Positions 1 to 7,340 of a stretch of 45,661 nucleotides of DNA are shown one piece after another; the stretch's first letter is position 1; each line of letters starts with the position of its first letter. The stretch covers positions 1 to 45,661 of the forward strand of contig JBAZSS010000003.1 in the NCBI GenBank assembly GCA_041662285.1, read 5' to 3'. A model generated the notes under the pieces. It saw nothing but the letters and a program-made list of their open reading frames with translations, was not told the origin of the DNA and searched no databases. Both the position numbers and the translations under genes were made by a program. Source of the DNA: Parcubacteria group bacterium (GTDB lineage Bacteria; Patescibacteriota; Minisyncoccia; Moranbacterales; UBA2206).

Positions 1-1409
1 CCGCCAACCCTGATTTAGCGCAAGAACAAGTTTATGAACTTTTTATGGATCTCGGAGCCACGGACGAACAACTGGATTTTGAAACAATTTATGCCATTGG
101 CCGAGAAGGAATTGCTAAGGCACATTTGGACGATGAATCAAAAAATTTGGAACCGCTTTTGGATGTGATTTTGGAAAAAGTTCAACCGGCCAAGGCCGAT
201 AAATCGGCCGAGCTTCGAATGCAACCTTTCAACCTGGGATATGATAATTTCTTGGGTCGACTAGCGGTGGGAAGAATTCATGAAGGCACAATCAAAATGG
301 GTGAAGAATATCTGTTGAAAAAAATGGATGGCACTATTGAAAAATCTCGCATCACTAAACTCTATACTTTTAAAGGCGTTGCCAAGGAAGAAGTTCAGGA
401 GGCCTATGCTGGTGACATTGCGATGGTGGCGGGATTTCCAAAAATTGATATCGGAGAAACTATTTGTGAAAATGAAACTCAAGAAGCTTTGCCGGCAATC
501 TCGATTGATGAGCCGACAATTTCTTTGCGTTTTATGGTGAACGATTCTCCATTTGCCGGACGCGAAGGAAAATTTGTGACCAACAAACAAATTCGAGAAA
601 GATTAGAAAAAGAATTAGAAGTAAATGTGGGACTCAAGATTGATTTTTCTTCCGCCGAATTTTATACAGTTTTTGGTCGTGGAGAATTGCATGTGGCAAT
701 CCTTTTGGAAAATATGCGACGGGAAGGATATGAAATTCAAGTTTCTCAACCGCAAGTTATCATCAAGGATGTAGACGGCGTGAAATCGGAACCGTTTGAA
801 GAAGTGACAATTGATGTTCCAAGCGAACTTTCTGGCACAGTAATTGAGAGACTTGGCAAGAGAAAGGGCATTATGAATGATATGCAAATGCATGGTAGTC
901 AAACCAGAATTTTGTTTTTGGCTCCGACTCGAGGAATATTAGGATTTCGCGGACAGTTTGTGGTGGACACTAAGGGTGAAGGAATTTTTTCTTCCCGCGT
1001 GATTGGTTTTCAACCCTACGCTGGTGAAATCAAAAAACGTGAAGTTGGTTCGATGATTTCTATGGCGACCGGAAAAGTTTTGGGATTTTCTTTGGCAAAT
1101 TTGCAAGAACGTGGCACGCTCTATGTCGGTCCAGGGATGGAAGTTTATGAAGGAATGGTAATTGGAAATTCTTCAAAGGGAACTGATATGTCAGTCAATC
1201 CAACCAAAGGTAAGCAAATGAGCAATATGCGTTCCTCTGGCGCCGATGAAGCCATTCAACTTGTTCCGCCAATGGTACTCGACATTGAAAAAGGTTTGGA
1301 AGTTATGACCGAGGATGAATATTTGGAAGTCACTCCAGTCTCCGTGCGTCTTCGAAAACAATTTCTAACTGAAAATGATCGCATCAAAGCTGGCAGAAAA
1401 GCAAAATAA
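1..1409 (+). CDS. typA: Translational GTPase TypA/BipA, C-terminal ~468 aa (5' end lies outside the window; codon phase starts at nt 3)
   Basis: The frame is open from nt 3 to the stop at 1409. The translation ...ANPDLAQEQVYELFMDLGATDEQLDFETIYA...GRLAVGRIHEGTIK... matches the BipA region after the G domain, plus the BipA-specific C-terminal domain. Confidence 0.9.
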   Translation, partial: ANPDLAQEQVYELFMDLGATDEQLDFETIYAIGREGIAKAHLDDESKNLEPLLDVILEKVQPAKADKSAELRMQPFNLGYDNFLGRLAVGRIHEGTIKMGEEYLLKKMDGTIEKSRITKLYTFKGVAKEEVQEAYAGDIAMVAGFPKIDIGETICENETQEALPAISIDEPTISLRFMVNDSPFAGREGKFVTNKQIRERLEKELEVNVGLKIDFSSAEFYTVFGRGELHVAILLENMRREGYEIQVSQPQVIIKDVDGVKSEPFEEVTIDVPSELSGTVIERLGKRKGIMNDMQMHGSQTRILFLAPTRGILGFRGQFVVDTKGEGIFSSRVIGFQPYAGEIKKREVGSMISMATGKVLGFSLANLQERGTLYVGPGMEVYEGMVIGNSSKGTDMSVNPTKGKQMSNMRSSGADEAIQLVPPMVLDIEKGLEVMTEDEYLEVTPVSVRLRKQFLTENDRIKAGRKAK

Positions 1410-1488
1410 TTTTATTTTTTTTAAAGATATTTTTTGTTCTTTGAATTTCTTTTTTTAAATCCTAACCCTTTTATAGGAGGAACGACAA

Positions 1489-1749
1489 ATGGAAAATCCA
1501 AAAGAGCAGATACTGAAAAAAAGAGGAAATCCTGAACTGAGAGCCTATCAGCTTTCGGAGTTGGAGTATTTCCAAGATACAGTAATGAAATCCAAAATAA
1601 TTTCAGACGGGCAATTTTATAGCTTGCTGAAACAAATCGGGATTTCAAAAAAATTAGTGCTTCACATAAGAATGTATGTGAAGCAAGTGAGAAAAGTTTC
1701 CGGTGTAAGCTTTAGAAATATGGCTAGGAGTATTATCAGTCTGATCTAA
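1489..1749 (+). CDS. Hypothetical small protein (86 aa)
   Basis: AGGAGG lies 8 nt upstream of the ATG and a strong hairpin terminator follows. I recognise no family. Confidence 0.5.
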   Translation: MENPKEQILKKRGNPELRAYQLSELEYFQDTVMKSKIISDGQFYSLLKQIGISKKLVLHIRMYVKQVRKVSGVSFRNMARSIISLI

Positions 1750-1763
1750 GCTTTTTGCCGATA

Positions 1764-1801
1764 GGGTCTCTTCGTTAAAACGAATGAGACCCTGTTTTTT
1801 T
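1764..1801 (+). terminator. Rho-independent terminator
   Basis: Stem GGGTCTC (1764-1770) pairs with GAGACCC (1786-1792), followed by a T7 run. Confidence 0.7.
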
Positions 1802-1828
1802 GCCAATTATTTTGTTTGGGCGTAAAAT
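1800..1828 (+). promoter_or_regulatory. Sigma-70-like promoter, TTGCCA-17 nt-TAAAAT
   Basis: The -35 TTGCCA is at 1800-1805 and the -10 TAAAAT at 1823-1828. It sits about 35 nt upstream of the ATG at 1863. Confidence 0.45.
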
Positions 1829-1862
1829 ATAATTACGTAATAAATTACTTACATAAAAAAAT

Positions 1863-2213
1863 ATGCAACAAAAAAATGCCAATAAAAATTTAATTGCTTA
1901 TTGCGGACTCTATTGTGGGGAGTGTAGGAAATATAAAAAAGGAAAATGTCCGGGATGTCAGAAGAATGAGAAGGCTAGTTGGTGCACGGTTCGAAAATGT
2001 TGCATGGAAAATGGCAAGCTCAGTTGTGCGGATTGCACCGTTTTTGCGAGCACGTCGGATTGCAAAAAATTCAACAATATTTTTTCCAAACTCTTCGGTT
2101 TTATTTTTGGCTCTGACCGCCAAGCTTCAATTGATATGATAAAAGAAAAAGGCTACGACGCCTATGTCGAGGAGATGACTCGCCGTGGCACGCATTGTGT
2201 GAAGAAAAAATAA
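1863..2213 (+). CDS. Cys-rich DUF3795-like protein (116 aa)
   Basis: Has the N-terminal CGLYCGEC...CPGC motif and several more Cys residues, as is typical of DUF3795. Confidence 0.7.
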   Translation: MQQKNANKNLIAYCGLYCGECRKYKKGKCPGCQKNEKASWCTVRKCCMENGKLSCADCTVFASTSDCKKFNNIFSKLFGFIFGSDRQASIDMIKEKGYDAYVEEMTRRGTHCVKKK

Positions 2214-2225
2214 TTTTTTTATTTT

Positions 2226-3209
2226 ATGAAATACATTGACAGAATTTATGGGGAGTTTGAAATAAGTGAACCGGTGATTTTGGAAATAATTCAAAGTCCG
2301 GAAATGCAAAGGCTTAAGGGCGTTGATAATGGTGGATACCTTGAGCCCTATTTTCCAAAAACAAAACGCAACCGTTTTGATCATTCAATTGGCGTATATT
2401 TATTGCTGAAAAAATATAGAGCGTCTTTAGAGGAACAAATTGCGGGACTTATTCATGATGTTTCGCATCCGGTTTTTTCACATGCAGGAGATTATTATTT
2501 TTCAAATGGTTCAGCAGAAAATCAAAGTCATCAGGATAATTCTTTTGAAAAATATGTGAGAAAATCTGATTTGCCGAAAATTTTTAAGAAATATAATATT
2601 GATTTGGAGTATATTTTAAATGATGAAAATTTTCCAATTAAGGAGAATAATTTGCCAGATATTTGCGCCGATAGAATCGATTATTCTTTGCGGGAGATCT
2701 TAATTTTTAAAATCGGGGAAAAGGAAGATGTTGATTATCTATTGAATAATTTGGAAATAAAAGATGGGCGGTGGATTTTTTATGATTTTAAATGCGCGAA
2801 AAAGTATGCTAATTATTTTAGAATGTTAAATAAAATATATTGGTGTGATTTGCCATCGGCTTTAATGTTTATGACTGTTAGGGATTATATGAGATACTCT
2901 TTAGAAAAAAAATACATTAACTTATTTGATTTATACACTACCGATGGGGAGGTTCTTTCAAAAATTTCATATTATTTAAACAGAGATGAAAGATTAAGAT
3001 ATTTATTCGATCGGATGAATAATAAAATTAAGGTTAAGAATGACTCGGAAGATTTCCAAGAAAGAATTGTTTGTAAATCACGCGTGATTGATCCGCTGTG
3101 TTATCATGATGGAAGAATACAAAGAGTTTCGGATATCAATTTAGAATGGAAAGAAGTTATTAGAGAAGAAATAAAGCCAAAGGAATACTTTTTGAAATTT
3201 CTGGAATGA
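2226..3209 (+). CDS. HD-domain metal-dependent phosphohydrolase (COG1078 / SAMHD1-like architecture)
   Basis: Motifs RFDHSIGVYLL and GLIHDVSHPVFSH (the H...HD signature), with ADRIDY further downstream. Confidence 0.8.
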   Translation: MKYIDRIYGEFEISEPVILEIIQSPEMQRLKGVDNGGYLEPYFPKTKRNRFDHSIGVYLLLKKYRASLEEQIAGLIHDVSHPVFSHAGDYYFSNGSAENQSHQDNSFEKYVRKSDLPKIFKKYNIDLEYILNDENFPIKENNLPDICADRIDYSLREILIFKIGEKEDVDYLLNNLEIKDGRWIFYDFKCAKKYANYFRMLNKIYWCDLPSALMFMTVRDYMRYSLEKKYINLFDLYTTDGEVLSKISYYLNRDERLRYLFDRMNNKIKVKNDSEDFQERIVCKSRVIDPLCYHDGRIQRVSDINLEWKEVIREEIKPKEYFLKFLE

Positions 3210-3293
3210 TATTGGGGACAGCCTGTGCATAACTTTTTTGGAAAGCGCCTAAAATGGGCGTTTTTTTGTTATTTTAAAAACAGAAAAAAAGTG

Positions 3294-3322
3294 TTGACCA
3301 ATGAAGTGTGGTGGGGTAAAAT
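3294..3322 (+). promoter_or_regulatory. Putative dcw/mraZ promoter, TTGACC-17 nt-TAAAAT
   Basis: The -35 TTGACC is at 3294-3299 and the -10 TAAAAT at 3317-3322, an exact 17-nt spacer. Confidence 0.6.
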
Positions 3323-3328
3323 AGAAGC

Positions 3329-3360
3329 AAGTTGTAATTAAGTGGTGAAAAGTGGTGAAT
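3329..3360 (+). promoter_or_regulatory. Putative MraZ operator: three direct AAGTKG repeats at 10-11 bp spacing
   Basis: AAGTTG is at 3329-3334, AAGTGG at 3340-3345 and AAGTGG at 3350-3355. The last two lie inside a perfect tandem AGTGGTGAA(A/T) at 3341-3360. All are just downstream of the -10. Confidence 0.5.
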
Positions 3361-3380
3361 TACTTGTCCGATTCGAATCA

Positions 3381-3440
3381 ACGAATGAATGCGAATCTAC
3401 GAATAAGAATTTGCAAATTCGTAGATTCGAATGTATTCGT
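3381..3440. repeat. TACGAAT/ATTCGTA palindromic intergenic repeat, copy 1 (hairpin in the mraZ leader)
   Basis: Perfect 13-bp arms CGAATCTACGAAT (3392-3404) and ATTCGTAGATTCG (3417-3429). The stem extends imperfectly to 3381/3440. Confidence 0.8.
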
Positions 3441-3457
3441 AAATTCGCATCGCGTTT

Positions 3458-3892
3458 ATGTTTATAGGTGAATACCAACATTCAATTGATCCGAAGAAAA
3501 GATTGGCGGTTCCAAGCAAATTTCGCAATGATTTGAAAAATAAAATTGTGCTCACAAAAGGTTTGGATAAATGTCTCATTATCTACCCAATGAAAGTTTG
3601 GCAAGAGCTGGCTGAAAAACTCGGAACATTGCCAATCGGAGAATCATCCACGCGAAGTTTTGTGCGCTCAATGTTGGCCGGAGCGGTGGATTGTGAAATC
3701 GACAAACAAGGAAGAATTTTGATTCCAGATTTTTTGAAAAGTTATGCTGATCTCGACAAAAATGTCATTATCGCGGGAGTGTATAACCGACTGGAAATTT
3801 GGGATGAAAAGAAATGGGAGGAATATAAGAATAACGCTGAAAAAAACACTGATGAGGTGGCAGAACAGTTGGGAAAGTTGGGAGTATATTAA
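3458..3892 (+). CDS. mraZ: Transcriptional regulator MraZ
   Basis: MFIGEYQHSIDPKKRLAVPSKFR plus a second DxxGR-type repeat (IDKQGRILIP). It is the first gene of the dcw block. Confidence 0.95.
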   Translation: MFIGEYQHSIDPKKRLAVPSKFRNDLKNKIVLTKGLDKCLIIYPMKVWQELAEKLGTLPIGESSTRSFVRSMLAGAVDCEIDKQGRILIPDFLKSYADLDKNVIIAGVYNRLEIWDEKKWEEYKNNAEKNTDEVAEQLGKLGVY

Positions 3893-3904
3893 TCAAAAAA
3901 CAAG

Positions 3905-3957
3905 AGACAAGGAACAAGAAACAATAAAATAAGAATATTGTTCATTGGTCATTGCTC
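3905..3957. repeat. Heptamer arrays in the mraZ-rsmH spacer: (NNACAAK)x3 and (ATTGNTC)x3 in inverted orientation
   Basis: AGACAAG GAACAAG AAACAAT at 3905-3925, and ATTGTTC ATTGGTC ATTGCTC at 3937-3957. Confidence 0.75.
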
Positions 3958-3970
3958 GCTGAAAGTTGCT

Positions 3971-4987
3971 ATGTCTGTTCATAAATCTGTACTGCTTAGG
4001 GAGACTATTGAATCGCTTAATCTGAAATCAGAATCTATTGTGGTTGATGCGACATTTGGTGGTGGTGGTCATTCGAAAGAAATTTTGAAAATAATAGAGA
4101 ATGGAAAATTGATTGGGATTGATGCGGATGAAAAAGCCATTGAAGAATCGGATTTGAAAAATGATGAGAGAGTGATTTTAGTTAATGATAATTTTGAGAA
4201 TTTAGAAAATATTTTAGAGAGAATCGGAATTAGAAAAGTTGATGCTATTTTGGCGGATCTCGGTTGGTCGAGTGACCAGCTTGTCGGCAAAGGAATGAGT
4301 TTCCAAGAAGATGAACAGTTGGATATGCGACTTTCTGAAAATCAAGAAATTTCCGCTAAGACTGTTGTTAATGAATATGAACAAAGAGATTTAGAAAGAA
4401 TAATCAGAGAAAATGGCGAAGAAAAATTTTGGAAAATTATTGCTAAGAGAATTGTTGAATATAGAAAAGAGAAAAAAATAGAAACGACTCAAGAATTGGC
4501 AGGCATTGTGAAAAATGCCATTCCAGAAAAATTCAGACATAGTAAATTGAATTTAGCCACCAAAACTTTTCAGGCTCTGCGAATTGAAGTTAATCAGGAA
4601 CTTGCGAATTTAGAAAAGTTTATCCCGCAAGCGATTGAAAGATTGAATTTAGGAGGGAGACTTGCGATAATTTCGTTTCATTCATTAGAAGATAGGATAG
4701 TAAAAAATATATTACGGGAAAATGCTAGGGGATGCATTTGCCCGCCTGCCTTGCAATTACAAATATTGCAGGAGAAATATATAAAAGCTGTAGAAAATAA
4801 TAGTCCCGATGCTGAAATTTTAGAAAAGGCATTGCGGGCAGGCCCACCGGACTTTCCACAGTGTGCTTGCGGAAAGAAACCGAAAATTGCAATCATCACA
4901 AAAAAGCCAATTGCGCCAACTGATTTGGAAGTTAGCGATAATCCAAAATCAAGAAGCGCCAAGCTTCGGGTGTGTGAGAAAAAATAA
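3971..4987 (+). CDS. rsmH: 16S rRNA (cytosine1402-N4)-methyltransferase RsmH
   Basis: HKSVLLRETIESL, DATFGGGGHS, SFHSLEDRIVK and NPKSRSAKLRV motifs. I prefer the ATG at 3971. The track ORF starts at TTG 3938 and reads through the heptamer repeat. Confidence 0.9.
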   Translation: MSVHKSVLLRETIESLNLKSESIVVDATFGGGGHSKEILKIIENGKLIGIDADEKAIEESDLKNDERVILVNDNFENLENILERIGIRKVDAILADLGWSSDQLVGKGMSFQEDEQLDMRLSENQEISAKTVVNEYEQRDLERIIRENGEEKFWKIIAKRIVEYRKEKKIETTQELAGIVKNAIPEKFRHSKLNLATKTFQALRIEVNQELANLEKFIPQAIERLNLGGRLAIISFHSLEDRIVKNILRENARGCICPPALQLQILQEKYIKAVENNSPDAEILEKALRAGPPDFPQCACGKKPKIAIITKKPIAPTDLEVSDNPKSRSAKLRVCEKK

Positions 4988-5038
4988 AGATAAATAAACA
5001 ATTTAAGCACATTTAATTTTCAGGGGGACTGAAATTTA

Positions 5039-5455
5039 ATGTCGAGAGTTTTAACCATCAATAGAAATGCTCGCAAGAGAACGGCCGGTGCATCATTGAA
5101 TTGCTCTGTTTTTAGTATGCGAAAAAGCGTGAGAACAAAACAGACCGTTTCCCAAAATTGCCGAGGCAGTGTGACATTTAGTCCTAAATCCGTGATGGTA
5201 GTTTTGATTTTTATGGTATTTATATGTTGTTCTTTTTATCTCTATCAAGTTAATGATTTAGCAACTAAGGGTTATGAAATTAGAGATATTGAAAATGAAA
5301 TCAAAAAGCTCAAGGCGGATAATGAAAAAAACAAAATTCAAGAAGTGGAACTGAAATCGATGCATAACATTGAAAAGGCGGCCGAAGATTTGAATTTGGT
5401 CAGTTCTAAAAACTCAACTTTCGTAAGTCTCAAGGGTCCGGTAGCAATGAAATAA
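5039..5455 (+). CDS. ftsL: FtsL-like cell division protein (single TM helix plus coiled coil)
   Basis: It lies between rsmH and ftsI. It has a TM segment VMVVLIFMVFICCSFYLY followed by a coiled coil. GGGGGA lies about 10 nt upstream of the ATG. Confidence 0.6.
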   Translation: MSRVLTINRNARKRTAGASLNCSVFSMRKSVRTKQTVSQNCRGSVTFSPKSVMVVLIFMVFICCSFYLYQVNDLATKGYEIRDIENEIKKLKADNEKNKIQEVELKSMHNIEKAAEDLNLVSSKNSTFVSLKGPVAMK

Positions 5456-5459
5456 TATT

Positions 5460-7340
5460 ATGGCAAATATAGCTTCAAAAGATTTAAGAAACGGAAAAAC
5501 CAAATTAAAAAGATATTCCGATTCAAGAATCTATATATTATTTCTATTAATTTCTATTTTTGCTTTTTTGATAATTTTTCGGCTCTATAATTTGCAAATA
5601 CTTTCTCGTGATTATTATGAAGCTTTAGCGGAGGGACAGCATTCTATTTTTTCCAATTTGATTCCAGAGCGCGGAGAAATATTTTTGAAAGATAAGGATG
5701 GGGACTATCCTGTCGCGGTGAATAAGAGTACTAAGCTGGCTTTTGCTGTTCCGCGAGAAATGGATGATCCAAAAAATGTAGCGGAAGTTTTATCCCGAAC
5801 ATTAGGACTAGATGAAACAGAACTTCGAGAAAAGCTTGGGAAAGCAGATGACATGTATGAAGTTTTGAAACATCGCTTGAGTGATGAAGAAATAGCCAAT
5901 TTGAATAATTTAAAACTAGAAGGAGTGCATTTATCAGACGAAAGTTTCCGTTATTATCCCGGTGGGGAATTGTCTGCGCAAGTTTTAGGTTTTGTGGGTT
6001 GGAGAGGGGAAACCTTTGGTGGACGCTATGGCATTGAAAATTATTTTGACAAAGAGCTTATCGGTCAAGAAGGAAAACTTTTCCAAAATAAGGACAATGC
6101 TGGGCGTTGGATTCCGACTGGCAAAAAAGAATTGACGCGAGCACAAAATGGGGATGATTTAATTTTGACAATCGATCGCATCATTCAATATCAAACAGAA
6201 AAAATTCTCAAAAGTGCAGTGCAAAAATTTGAAGCTGATAGGGGCACGATTATCGTGATGGATCCGCCGACGGGAAAAATTCTTGCTCTTGCTAGCTATC
6301 CTTCTTTTGATCCAAATAATTATAAGGATGCCGAGTTAGAAAATTTCAGAAATATTGCAGTGAGTGATGCATATGAATCAGGTAGTGTTTTCAAAACTTT
6401 CACATTAGCTTCAGCTATTGATGACGGAAAAATTTCTCCAGAAACTACCTATATTGATACTGGCGCAGTCAAGGAAGCTGGCTATACTATGAGAAATTCT
6501 GATTTGAAAGCTTATGGCTTGCAAACGATGACGCAAGTTTTAGAAAATTCCCTAAATACCGGTGTGATATACGCGGAAAAACTTTTGGGCAATGCTAATT
6601 TTGCAGATTATATAAAAAGATTTGGTTTTGGAGAAACAACCGGCATTGAACTTCCGGGAGAAGGCGCCGGTAATATTGCTAATCTAAAAAATAAAAAATC
6701 AGATATAAATTTTTTCACCATATCATTTGGACAAGGGATAACAGTGACACCAATTCAGTTGGTTAGTGCTTATAATGCTATTGCCAACGGCGGAACACTG
6801 ATGAAACCCCAAATTGTGGACAAAATAATTTATAGTGATGGAAGCGTTGAGGAAATTGCACCTCAAGAAATTAGAAAGGTTATTTCCCAATCAACCGCTA
6901 ATCAGATTTCACAAATGCTCGAAAGTGTGGTGATTAAGGGGCATGGAAAAAGAGCTGGAGTTCCAGGATATAAAGTAGGCGGAAAAACCGGCACCGCTCA
7001 AGTAGCCAGTACAGAAAAGAAAGGTTATGAAGACGGAAAAAATATTGGATCATTCGCTGGGTTTGCTCCGATTGATAATCCCCAGTTTACTATTTTAGTT
7101 CGAATGGATAACCCAAAAACAGTAGAATGGGCAGAATCTAGTGCAGCGCCAACCTTTGGAGAATTGATGAAATTTTTGCTAGATTATAAAAACATCAAGC
7201 CGACAGAAGAATTTACTGACAAAGATCTTGATGTTTTCAAACAAACGCATACCTTGAATGAATTTTTTATAGATAATATGAAAGAAGAAAAAAGAAAGAA
7301 GGATGAAAAAGAAAAAAAAGATGAACAAGCAAAACCATAA
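5460..7340 (+). CDS. ftsI: Penicillin-binding protein / peptidoglycan D,D-transpeptidase (FtsI class)
   Basis: N-terminal TM anchor and the SVFK (SxxK), SLN (SxN) and KTGT motifs, in dcw context. Confidence 0.9.
   Translation: MANIASKDLRNGKTKLKRYSDSRIYILFLLISIFAFLIIFRLYNLQILSRDYYEALAEGQHSIFSNLIPERGEIFLKDKDGDYPVAVNKSTKLAFAVPREMDDPKNVAEVLSRTLGLDETELREKLGKADDMYEVLKHRLSDEEIANLNNLKLEGVHLSDESFRYYPGGELSAQVLGFVGWRGETFGGRYGIENYFDKELIGQEGKLFQNKDNAGRWIPTGKKELTRAQNGDDLILTIDRIIQYQTEKILKSAVQKFEADRGTIIVMDPPTGKILALASYPSFDPNNYKDAELENFRNIAVSDAYESGSVFKTFTLASAIDDGKISPETTYIDTGAVKEAGYTMRNSDLKAYGLQTMTQVLENSLNTGVIYAEKLLGNANFADYIKRFGFGETTGIELPGEGAGNIANLKNKKSDINFFTISFGQGITVTPIQLVSAYNAIANGGTLMKPQIVDKIIYSDGSVEEIAPQEIRKVISQSTANQISQMLESVVIKGHGKRAGVPGYKVGGKTGTAQVASTEKKGYEDGKNIGSFAGFAPIDNPQFTILVRMDNPKTVEWAESSAAPTFGELMKFLLDYKNIKPTEEFTDKDLDVFKQTHTLNEFFIDNMKEEKRKKDEKEKKDEQAKP

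Noticed and set aside
261-902. Antisense and out-of-frame ORFs inside typA, and similar shadow ORFs across the window (for example 4069-4290, 8220-8715, 11487-11932, 28509-29589, 30349-30719, 44981-45610)
   Set aside because: They lie entirely within well-supported conserved genes on the other strand or frame. They have low-complexity translations and no ribosome binding sites. This is typical of AT-rich shadow ORFs.
3368-3382. tRNA T-arm-like GATTCGAATC, and a general tRNA/rRNA search
   Set aside because: No acceptor, D or anticodon stems can be built around it, and it is part of the TACGAAT-type repeat. I found no other cloverleaf-like or rRNA-like segments by eye. tRNAscan-SE or Infernal should confirm this.
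3938-3970. N-terminal extensions proposed by the ORF track: rsmH from 3938, 16825 for the nuclease, 17744 for the sensor, 22348 for the membrane protein, 41131 for the DUF2142-like gene and 43821 for the epimerase
   Set aside because: These extensions use non-ATG starts, or overlap the upstream gene, or run through repeats. Conserved N-terminal motifs begin at the internal ATGs (3971, 16936, 17831, 22489, 41095, 43845).
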